From NCBI GenBank assembly GCA_973895155.1, contig OZ316892.1, positions 27,800,307-27,864,306 on the forward strand: DNA of 64,000 nt, written 5' to 3'. Source of the stretch: Marsupella aquatica (lineage: Eukaryota; Plantae; Marchantiophyta). Of this stretch, positions 53,301 to 64,000 are shown one piece after another; the stretch's first letter is position 1; each line of letters opens with the position of its first letter. The notes beneath the pieces are model-generated. The model ran no database searches. It saw nothing but the letters and a program-made list of their open reading frames with translations, and was not told the DNA's origin. The translations under genes and the position numbers were made by a program.

Positions 53301-56091
53301 GGTTTCTTTCAATGACCCTCTCGGGGCACCTAGCCAGTGAAGCATTATGATATCGATTAATCCTATTCAATCCGCACCTAGCATTAGTCTTCACTAATTG
53401 AAATTGAGCACAGAAGGGGAAGAAAGCCAGCAGAAGTTCCTTCAGAAATCAGTGATACGCTTGAGAGGGAGGAGGAAAAACCTCAAGCATGTCATGACAT
53501 CGCTGAAGAAATGCTTCAATAGGTGCAAAGATAATTTTGGTCCCCCAGTCAGTAACTTGTCTGAGATCTCCACCATTTTGTAGTGACATTCTGCCAGATA
53601 CCTCCGTCATTGTATTGTAAACTCTTTTCCATGCTTCACAAGCGTGGATACTTTCCAGTAGAGCAAGTTTACTTTTCTCAACGTCACCTTCAAATATTTT
53701 CTCCAATCCTATGCCAGCAGAGCACCTGTTAATGATCTCATTGCTAACCTGCAAAACAATTGAACGTGCTGAGAAATGAGATGCCTGAGTGTAATTTGTT
53801 CGGATTGCTTGAACCACATAGGAACCACACAACGTTTGGAATATAGGGTTGATAAACAAAAGGGGTTGGCAGCACCTTGCACAAAAGGCCGGTTATCTTC
53901 TCTGAAGTATTGTAAAACTGACTAACTTTCCAGATCATGCGGATGCGGAGGAGGAGCTGGGGGAGGATAGGAGGTATATCATGGATCTTCGATGTTGACA
54001 AACGCTTGCAGTGCTCTTCAATAACTGCCACAAACTTAATGTTCTCTTCTGCATACATTGCCTCTTGTCCAATATGGTTGCAGAGGCTTATGAAGGGACC
54101 CAAATATGATGACCTGAATTTCTCAAGGATGGCCAACATGTCTTTGACTCGCTGCAGCACAAATGGGATTAAATTGGCGGGTCGCAGACATGAACTGAGA
54201 TTGACCGGGCTCAAAATGATTAGAGTTTGTGCGAACTGTACTCTTTTCATCAGCAAATTCCTGAGGCACAGTATTTGTCAGAACAGATTAAGAGAAGTTG
54301 GGATAATCTAGGTCTCAGGTTTATACTTGGTCATTCATTTGATCACGGAGTCCTCCAAGATTAATGTTCCTTTTTCGCCAGAATGCAATCTCTGCCAACG
54401 GACCAGTTGAGTCATCCTCCACGTATGCTTCCTGACTTCTAACTACCTGAGTTCAAGCACAAAGAGAAAATAATATGAATCCTCTCCGAGCTGGGCAGAA
54501 TTTTCTCTTGAACACAATGCAAAGATAAACGCTGACTCAGATGAACAACCAGTGCATATTAAGTTTTACCTCTTTGATCTGGCGCGTCCACCGGATGAGG
54601 ATTGACTCAAGTCTCTGAGTTAATTCTTTATTCTTTGCCAGGACTGCCGGATTACCAGTCAACTCAAGGGAAGGCAAATAGAGCAGAGTTTGCCCTTTTG
54701 CTACATATATAGACTCGTTCAAAGTGGTGAGGAACTTATCGAGATCTTCTTTAAAATCCTTTGTCACACTTATTTGCCAGCTTTCATTGTAAAGCATAAG
54801 GGGAACATATACTGCCTGTCTCTCATTCATGACAACGAAAACTTGTCAGTCTATGTACTGGCTGGTCATAATCGTTAAAAAAATTGAATGATCTAAGTAG
54901 TAAGATTCCCAACTTCTCAACAAATGTACGCAGATGGCCTGGATGAGTATATTGTGAAGTTCGAACAGGAAAACTCTATTAATATCGCAAGAGTTGCATC
55001 TGTTTTCAGCACTCTCAATTTAAACATTTCCCCGCTACCAGCTGCCATATGGCCCCTCGATATGATACAGAATCTGAACTCAATTGGCCCAAATCAGTCT
55101 CTTAGCAGCACCTGTAATAGCCGAAGTAAGGCCTCACTAGGGCTGCCCCTGATCATTAGGCATTGCACTCGCTTATGAATATTTGTTGCGTCCAATTCCT
55201 CTCCTGGATTCCGCAGCAGCACAACTATCTGCATCTCACAACCCAAAAACAGGTTCTTTGAGCATATTCTTAAAGACAAAGCTTGACACCCTGTCTGTCG
55301 ATCTCCATCACCGGGTTTTGCTACTAGATGGCTCAAGTTGCTAAATGACCTTAGGGATGATTCTTTGTGACGATTTTGGAGGGACAATAGTACTTCGAAG
55401 ACCCGCAAAATTTTCTTCTAGTCAACCACAGTGCAGCTACGTGAGGACAGGTTCTTGAGAATCATTAACAATGGAAGAATAGGAGCATCCACACGTTTGC
55501 TCTAGTGACAAACCATTCCTTCGAGTATTTAGGAAGTGCAGGGCTTGCTAACATAAATTTTTCCTCTCGGTCCTGGAATCTTCAAATCAATGGTCTTGAC
55601 TGTTACTTCCTTGCGTTGAAGGTAAAATGAGAATACTTTAAAATGTTCTCCTCAGAAAGAAAACTAGTAGCGATTGAGAGACTTGAGTTCCCTGTAGTGG
55701 GTCTTTTACCCAGTGAGTTTTGTCTACAGTTCATGGTGTGTTCTATCAGGGAGACAGGGGGATGTCAAAGTCCTTTGATTGCCAACAAATATGACGAGAG
55801 AGTCCAGACCTCATCCCAACGCTGTGGGAACGAGGTACTGCAATGCAGCATCAGGTGTTCATCTGCAAAACAGAAGAGCCTCCCGTTTGTTGAGCTCCGC
55901 AGGAACCCAGCTGCAATCTGCGCCTGCTTGGTGCCGAAAACCGTGGTCTTTCTGATCAGCTTCATCTGCTTTGCAACCCACTGGACCTCAGCTGACAGGG
56001 CAGCTTCTTCCAAAGCATCACTTTGCAGAATCACTGACATTGGCTTGTCCACCAACATGGACTCCGGTATCACAACTTTTAAGGGGTCCAT
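23375..56091 (-). CDS. DNAH2: Axonemal inner-arm dynein I1/f beta heavy chain (DNAH2 / Chlamydomonas DHC10 type), ~72 exons
   Basis: Hand-spliced exons join in frame from ATG 56091 (exon 1 56091-55810, exon 2 55228-55112, exon 3 54815-54570) to TAA 23375. Present: DHC_N1 (GPLAEIAFW), linker ([16 protein letters not shown]), AAA1 [13 protein letters not shown] (~42475-42498) with [11 protein letters not shown]2 GKSGSGKT and [17 protein letters not shown]3 [11 protein letters not shown]4 [10 protein letters not shown], stalk, AAA5/6, and the C-terminus [14 protein letters not shown] typical of the DNAH2 clade. The start codon is less certain than the body. Confidence 0.95.
29925..30070 (+). mobile_element. 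146-bp poly(A)-tailed retroposon fragment (SINE or 5'-truncated LINE) in a dynein intron, antisense to the gene
   Basis: Perfect 14-bp TSD AGTATGAAAGCCAC at 29911-29924 and 30071-30084; GC-rich body, AATAAA at 30039-30044, then an A-rich tail. Confidence 0.85.
43693..43742. repeat. (TTTTC)n microsatellite in a dynein intron
   Basis: Direct reading of the sequence. Confidence 0.85.
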
Positions 56092-58112
56092 TGTTTTCCG
56101 TCACTGAGCTCTTGTTTGATCAGGGAGCGATTCGAGGATAGCGTTTCAGACCAGTAGTTCACACCCCCAAGGAGAGTTTGCCCCGTACCCCTCGAGAGAT
56201 ATTACTAGCACCACCGGCCGGGAGATGGCACCTTTTCATACTTTGAAAATTCCGCAGAAACCTTTCATCACGAGGATTGAATTGCTGGTACTTAAACGCG
56301 TCACTCGGAGCGTATATGTCTTGTAAAGCTAACCCCTCCATCAGCCAGAGTGGATATATCTTGCAATGTCTTGATGAGTGTTGTTTGAGATCAATTCTTG
56401 AACCAGAGCATTGAAGTTATGGGAGCTTGCGCTGGGAACTTGCTGCTAACTTTGACAGATTGATAACGATGTATCTACATTGTCCCGTTGGCGACTTCAG
56501 TCGGCAGTTGATTGATCAACTCATACAATTTTCGTTCAATTTCAGTAGCTGATATGCAAACTTCCCTGTCTTTTGAGCAGAATATTTTTGTTAGATTCAT
56601 GATCGATGAGGAAGCTGGAGCTCATTAACATTCCCCATTTCTTCTTCGTCGGTAATAAACCTTACCAAGATCCTATGCTGGCAAGGAAATGCCAATTCAG
56701 CATTGGGAATCTGGGAACAGAGTTGACATTTGTGGAAAACGGGATTATTGTTAGCACTCCCAACAAACAGGATCGGACTTCTTCCCAGAACCACAATGGG
56801 GACAAGAAAAAATGTCACAAGAGATGAAATCTGAAGTCCATTGTCGGAAGAGTTTTCCTCAATCCGAATTGTCGTTCAGTGATCGGTGACCCATCCTGAA
56901 ACAAAAATCTAGGCTGCATTGATCTGCAATAGCGCTCATTAAGCGACACGAGAGACAAACCCAAAAGTGTTGGGGACGTCCGATCGCTTAGGACGCTAGC
57001 AGCGATCAATTTAACATGAGAGATCGATTACACACGCTTACCCGAGACAATAGTATCAGTTCAAAAGTCCATCCGAAATTTGTGGTATGATACCGTTATG
57101 GTGACCAAAACCCTAATTGCAGCTTTGGCACTACATCGATGCTTCAGCCGATAGGACAGGCAAATAGGCTAATAACGGGAGGAAGCAGGGCCCGGCGCAA
57201 CCGCGTACACTCTTATCGAGAAGCACGCTGAGTGACCGGCCTCGAAACTGGGACAGTTCTCTCCTCAAAAAATTGACAATTCGAAGTGCTTCAGACTCGC
57301 ATAAATTCTGAATTTCGTCGGCAGGGCATTCCGCCTCCGGAATCTACACTCACCATCGAGACACGCTAACAAGCCACTCGTTTCGAAAACAGAACTTCGT
57401 ACGTCTCTGCTCGAAGTCGACCAATTTCGAAGTTCTAGCTTCAAACTCAGGGGGAGAAATCAATCCCGATTTCGTTGGCATGGCATTCCGCTGCCAAATC
57501 TCTTTCAGAAAAAAAAAGCTTCCGTGTTGTGCACGATACTCTTGCGATGTTGTTGAGCCTGGTGGGATTGCAGCTCATTCGAGCATGGTCGCGATCGACC
57601 TCTCCCTCGGGTGCGTGGGCTACATAAGTGCGTTATCAGTTAGGAGAGCAATTTTACAAAGGAAACCTGACTATTGTCTATATACAGTTTACCGTGTATA
57701 AGTGCATCGTGTATAAGTGCATTATATACAGTCACCGTGGATAGCTGCAGCGTTTATAAGTGCATTATGTGGGTAAGTACAGGTTGATCATGTAGTCCCC
57801 TAATATTACAACATTTACTTTTTTGTATATTGCACAGTTTGTAAGTGCAGTAGACTTTACTAAAATAAAAATACATAGGCGCATGTCCATCTGTAAGAGT
57901 GCACACTCATTAATCAATCAAACCAATAAACTTAGGAAACAAAACCACTAGGAGAACTTAAAAGAAGGGGTGTCACTTTGTCTTCCTGGGAGAATTCACT
58001 TTCCACACGGTAGACTGAATATTTCACTAGCCCAATGCCAGCATCTTGCACACTATTGTCAAATAGTGAGCATGCAGGCTGAAGTGTTATTGAGCACAAG
58101 TGCGCTTGTGAT

Positions 58113-58230
58113 GTCGGATATGTGGGGAGTCGGTGAGTTGGTCTGATCACTGGATTTCAACTAGTGTACAAGTCGGATATGTGGGGAGTCGGTGAGTTGG
58201 CCTGATCACTGGATTTCAACTAGTGTACAA
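58113..58230. repeat. 59-bp tandem duplication (2 copies)
   Basis: GTCGGATATGTGGGGAGTCGGTGAGTTGG(T/C)CTGATCACTGGATTTCAACTAGTGTACAA at 58113 and 58172; a second 35-bp-period duplication follows at ~58293-58352. Confidence 0.9.
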
Positions 58231-59789
58231 CTTACCGGGAGAGTGACAGGTTGGGAAAACCAGAGTGGCACCTTTGGGCTCATCTCATGGTTGATAAAAA
58301 TGTCACCATGATCAAACTTATGAGATGATAAAAATGTCACCATGATCAAACTGTCACAGAGGCTTCCAACCAAAGTGACCTCTGTAAACAGACAGAGAGA
58401 AAGAATGGGGGTGCATGTAATATTGTTTAATTGGTTCCTTTTTTGTTTTCCTCCGTTTCCTATTTTCCTTTCCCCAAACTGGTCAAGATTACTAACTTGT
58501 CCCAAAACCTCATTTAAGTGTCACCCATTTTGTCTGCAAGTTAGCTTAACCAGACTAGACTAACCAAGATGACACATAATTGTCTATTGATATATACATG
58601 GAGGTTTATAACTTGTCTACGCTGCATGGGGCTTATAATTTATCCAAGCTGACCCCTGCAACTGTGAAACAGTGAAATGAGGGAACCAGAACACAGTACT
58701 GTAGTTTTTGCTCGTACAAAATAGTCTACACTTATGATCTGGTGAGTGTCAAATCTTGTCACTCAAGCAGACTGCAACAACCCACATGAATCACTTTGAA
58801 CAATACTTGTTACTCCAAATTCACTTTCTTTTCTAAATTTTTCTTTCATGATGCTTCATATCACAAGTGCTTCTCCAGGCGACAACCTACCAAGAAAGAT
58901 CCGGATTTCTTGATGCCTATAGAATTTAAAGAGAGTTCGTAACAGTGGAAGGGTCCAACTAGTTAGCAAAGAGAAAAGGCAAGAAGGCCAACGATCCCTC
59001 ATGAACAAAAATATTGCAAACTCAGCTTTCAATCAACAATAATGACTTGCAAGCTCCTGCTTTGTGCTTCGACATTGCAAAAGCGTTCCGTTCCTGTGTG
59101 CTTCTTCGGAGGTATACATCGTTCACTTGATCAGGCTGAGGGGATTAGATCCTGAAAAACCTGTGCTGAATCCTGCTCTGAAGTGATCCTCAGTCCCTGC
59201 ACTATTATTGTATGGGAGGTTTACTATGTTTTCGGGTATTTCAATGTCATGCAATCAAGAGCTAACGAAGAGCATGCGTAGAACCAACCTTCACGCCCTA
59301 ACACACTCTATGAAACAAATTTCATTTGAACACAATTCCCATCATAGAGCCACGCTTTTGCAGTCTAGAACTTTGGCAAGAATTTTTTTATCATGAAAAC
59401 AGCTTCACACCATATGCAATTTATTGGATACATGGGAACCAGTGATCTACATCATTCCTTTGAGACACAGCATCATGTGGTACTCTTGCTGAGAGTACTC
59501 TTATCCCAAATCGATCCATTTAGCTATTACAATGCGACTGCATTGCCCCTTTACACTGCTCATCCGACCAGCCACAGGCTTTCTCACAAAATTGGTCGTA
59601 GACAAGACGGGTTATTCTAACACATCTGGAGATCCACTATTTTCAAGCTGGTTGAAAAAATCAACCGTGCCTCTTCTTCTTCAAGGTAATATGAAATGCA
59701 CGTCACTGCTGTTTTAATCCTAATTCTAATGCTAATTCTCTAGAAGACCGAGCCTAAGATGCTGTCCTCATTGTGAAAGCAAAGGTACC

Positions 59790-61643
59790 TTATGCCATTG
59801 ACGGCCTCTTCATTTTCTTTGGTTTCTTTTGCTTGTACGGTTTGTCCATTTCGCGATCTCTCAGAAATCCAACTAATAAAACCAGAGCCCAGAACACAAA
59901 ACCACCTTGACCCCATCCTCCGCCTCCACCCCCTCCCCCTCCACCGCCATCTCCATCCCTAGGTGGAAAACCTCCATCTCCATCAGCTAATTTGGGAGTC
60001 ATTTGCTTGGCTGCAAGGCAAAGGATAGCTCTGTCAGACTTACTAAACGTTTGATGCAACAGATAACAAACTACGGGCACCGACATTGACCACGATGTCC
60101 TGAGAAACCGATGGTCTTCAGAAGGTAAGTAGTCCCCACAGATCAAACTTTCACTGCACAGAAAATTTGGCACGGGTGTCCAACATAATCCAACTTCCGG
60201 GAAACGTGCCCACAGGCATACACTAAACAGCTTTCGTCAGAGGGAAAAGTCATTAGAGAACCAACAACAAGGGATCTTAAGCCATTGGGACAGCACAAAC
60301 TAACGTTACTTGAACATCATGAACATTCGAATACATATTTTTCACAAAGTCCACAGAATATCCACGCGAGAATATAATGGAGAAAGAATCTATACACGCG
60401 AAGGCAAAAATGTCACTGACGACGTGAAAGCACAAACAACGCATCGCATTAGCAAAACTTCCTAAACAACGGACTACCATATATTCATTCTGGCACCCAA
60501 GCACCTCGGGAACTTGCTACTCTTTTGCTGCTCATTGGTCCCCAAAGATCCAAAAAACATAAATAATTTGCCTCGCACCGACTCGCTTTAGATCGCCCAA
60601 ACAAATTTCTAGCCATTCGCAACGTGGGTCACGGCGTTGTCGGACCTATGAGCATAATTTATCTCACTCGCCAACTAAAGCTTGGAAAGGTTTGCAATAT
60701 TCATGAGAAAGCCAGTCCACTTACATTCAAGAGGAACTTTATTGACAGATATCGTCTCATTCTTTATGGTTTGCGTTTGCCCCTCTCCTTCCGCTTGACA
60801 CCTAGTTCCCTGAAATCAGCCACTGGACGTCAGGATCATGTGCACCGTAAACAAGGAAGTGCACTACAAATCTACCATGGAGAAAGTACCAACAGTTCCT
60901 TTCAATGCATTGAAAATCTCGACAGAGAACTTCTTGTAAACACTTTCGGCAGACATGTAGCTTCTTGACGAGGAGCGCCAGGTATCGCTAGCCATCGAGA
61001 GATCTCGCAAGGCAAACACTCACCAGAGACGGTGCTCAATTTTATCTTCGACAACATGCCATCACTGTTCAGGGGTAAACCCTAACAGAAGGCTGAAACT
61101 GAGAAAGAAACACTCACCAGAGCTGCTGTGCATTGAAAAAGACCAGTAGCAGTGCCTCTGCGGTCAATTCCTAACCCCAACGGCGTTAACCTCGGCCGTC
61201 TAGCTGCAACGAGCGACAATGACGTCGACTCCTCTTTCTTCTCCCGGTTCTTCCTCGGCAAATTCTGGGAGCCAATTCCCTCCAGAATAGATCGACCAGC
61301 TCCTACCGCCCTACCTGCGGTCCCTGTCTCAACCATGCACTTGCATGATTAGATGAGAATTCCAGCCCTGTTTCTCAGCTGAACCACAAAACTGTCGAGG
61401 CAAAAACAATGCTCATGCTCGGGAAATGCAACTCTGACGAGCTAAGCAATCAATCCATCAAAGATAACGACTTCCTAACAAAACTCTCACAATCAAAAAT
61501 AACCCTGCCCAGCCAAAACCCTCATCACTCTTCGTCGAAACCCCCTTCCCGACTAAAACGTCTAAAACTCTCTACAGTAATTCAGCACCACCCAACTCAC
61601 CGATCGCCCGCCGGGCAACGACATGCTCCACCAGGCTCCCCAT
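59790..61643 (-). CDS. Small Gly-rich, single-TM organellar protein, EMB1303/YL1/RF2-like (~163 aa); exons 61643-61601, 61323-61118, 61045-61024, 60010-59790
   Basis: C-terminal PKLADGDGGFPPRDGDGGGG...WGQGGFVFWALVLLVGFLRDRE resembles, from memory, the conserved PxLDDGxxGFPPxxDGGGG..GGFFFF..L..LGFLKD motif of this plant family. The four GT-AG exons have compatible phases (1,0,1) and total 492 nt. The upstream exon model is inferred. Confidence 0.68.
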
Positions 61644-62158
61644 AGCCGCTCCACACCTATCCGCACCACAATTGGCCAAACCCCGCAAAACGCCGAGTGA
61701 GAAGAAATCCAAAATCGCTCTCTCCAAACGCTCTTGTCCCCCTCAATCAAAGAGCACCAAACATCCAATTCCACTCTCCAATTTCACGCACCAAAATCCA
61801 CCAACAACGAACAACAATCTGCCGTCACCCTACAAAACGCTTGAGCGACGAGGATCCCAATCCCGCTCTACAGTACCGCTCACCCACCGAAAAACTCCAG
61901 GAATTCCGAGTCCGCTCCTGAGCCAAGAATCAATTCTTCCGTTCCGCAGCACACGCTGTCGTCTTCGTCGTCGTCGTCTTCGACCTCGTCACCTCGTGGG
62001 TGTTGGCGATGGTGCCGTGATGGTGATCAATTACGCTACTGCGTTCAGCGATGTCGCGGCGTCCTGCTTTGCTAAGAGGCCACACCTGTCCCGTCTTCTT
62101 TGCGTTCTGGAAAAGAAGGAACTCCGTTTCTTCGGTTCGCTCAAGAAAACAACGTGGG

Positions 62159-62655
62159 CGATGAGCGAATGCTCCTTATCTCGAAAAGAGCTGACAAATG
62201 CTCCCCTTCTGTTGGAGGACGCTATCTGATGATCCAACGGCAGACATACGATACCCGTGCTATCTGATGATCCAACGGCAGGCATACGGTACCCGCGCTA
62301 TCTGACGATCCAACGGCAGGCATACGATACCCAATAGGGGGTCTCAAACCTCAAAATTAGATAACCTTAACTCAGTTTTTTCTTATTATATATCAAAACG
62401 GCAATGAACGAATGCTCCTTATCCTTTTATGAAACTGCTATATATGGAACAAGAATTGACAATCCAACGGCAGGCATACGATACCCAATAGGGGTCTCAA
62501 ACCTCAAAATTAGATAACCTTAACTCAGTTAATATATATCAAAACCTTAACTCAGTATCTCATGATCCAACGGCAGGCATGGATACCCAGTAGGGGGTCT
62601 CAAAGCTCAAAATTAGATAACCTCACAACCTTAACTCAGTTAGTATATATCAAAC
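62159..62655. repeat. Nested tandem duplications (38-bp unit x3, then longer ~100-150 bp units) upstream of the EMB1303-like gene
   Basis: ATCCAACGGCAG(A/G)CAT..G.TACCC at ~62231, 62269, 62307, 62462 and 62564; GGGGTCTCAAA.CTCAAAATTAGATAACC three times; ATGA.CGAATGCTCCTTATC at ~62161 and ~62404. Confidence 0.88.
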
Positions 62656-64000
62656 TCCCAAAACACAAAAGGGCACCCAACCAGGAGACATGGTTGCTAA
62701 GGGCTAGGTTCCATGGGCCAGGGGGCAGGGAGTATTATCGAGGCTAGGCACAAAAAGTTACAATTTACTTAACCCTGTGAAAAAGCTATGACCATTGTTT
62801 ATGGCCAAAGGGCATCATCCAGTGAGGATAGATTGAAACTTAGAGATGCCAACCGTGTGTGCTTCATTAAACTAATTAGAGTTAACTCTCTCCAAGTGCA
62901 TACTCCTGGGAAGAAGCATTCTGGTGTGCACTAGACGGGCATGGGGGAGGCATTCTTTTCCGTACTAAAAAAGGCATGCACTTGTCAATAAATGCACTTT
63001 GATGAGATTTTTGCTCTTATCAATAAATGTTAGGAGTTATTAGTAATTGTTGTTAGTCTAACCATAGTCAAGTGCTTGAATGTGCTAGTACTATATTAAC
63101 TAGCACAACTTTGTCTGTGAATTAGTTTAGAGATAAAGAGGCTTAGTCTGTGGAGAGTTAGTATGGCCAATGGGCTTAGAATTAATAAAGTTCTCTTCTA
63201 TGTTCCTGTGTGGGCGTAACCTCAATAGTGGTGAACCATGTATCTCTTGTGTGTTCGTTGGATGTTGCACATGTGCTAGCTATTTATGAGTAGGAGTTGT
63301 TTGCTTCACCAATAAGTGGACATGTACGCTTGTCAAATGTTTGCACTTATAAAATGTGCAAATATCAGGCCAGTTTGCACTTATAAAATGTCCAAAAAAG
63401 TGCAAACTACATGTAGAAAAAGGGGGAATCGTATGTCTTGCAGTCATTTTGCACTTATGTATTTTCACTTACAGAGAGCCAATTACACTAACCTCATTTT
63501 AGTAGAAGGGAACGCTATGACGGACTACTCACATGAACTTTGCAACCTGGATAGACCAGCTTACGCCTTGACCAGAAAATAATGGATTTGGTTACCAAAA
63601 AAAAGTGCTATTTATGGAGTCCTCTGGATTGCACTGGTTCATCAGTCCGCACAAATCATCAAACATTTAGGTCCATGCCGCCCTCACGGGTTTCTGGCAG
63701 TGAATTACCATAGGTGTAACTGGGTTCCCGCAAAACACATTTCGCGCCCAACACAAAAATGTGACTTTCCTCAAATGTGGGTTGTTTGGAGAAATGGGGA
63801 GTACATAAATCAAATTCCACGTACCACATCTTGAAAGGCTTTCTATGAACCAAACGCCCTGGACGACTGTGTCTTCATTGAAATAGGTTGCATACACATG
63901 TTTTGGCTTACTGTCAACTCAACACTAGACAAATAGAAAGAGAAAACTTTTTGGCTGGGAAAACTTTTAATGGCCACTGACCCATGTTTGTCTGGAAGCA

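Noticed and set aside
57085-57210. Possible DUO1/MYB sites (AACCG/AACGG) upstream of the dynein
   Set aside because: Only short, imperfect matches expected by chance; cannot be supported without binding data.
63590-64000. Protein-like fragments at the window end
   Set aside because: Interrupted by stops, truncated by the window edge, and no identifiable motif.

Overview
Eukaryotic nuclear DNA from a land plant with flagellated sperm (bryophyte-like; liverwort plausible but not provable from sequence). Six protein-coding genes can be reconstructed by hand: a mitochondrial ribosomal protein bL27 (3 exons), an intronless F-box protein, a COBRA-like (COBL7-type) GPI-anchored protein (2 exons), an intronless prefoldin subunit 6, a ~33 kb, ~72-exon axonemal inner-arm dynein I1/f beta heavy chain (DNAH2/DHC10 type, apparently intact, one GC-AG intron), and a small Gly-rich EMB1303/YL1/RF2-like organellar protein with a 22-nt micro-exon. 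Intergenic DNA holds several tandem arrays (92-bp with A/B alternation, 76-bp, ~187-bp, 38-bp), a 207-bp foldback MITE with a perfect 10-bp TSD, a 146-bp poly(A)-tailed retroposon with a 14-bp TSD inside a dynein intron, and three clusters of a TAAGTGCA motif. I found no demonstrably new biological system. The best lead is the intronless PFD6, which has a duplicated promoter and a truncated 26-aa upstream copy and lies tail-to-tail with the axonemal dynein. All family assignments are from motif recognition, not database searches.
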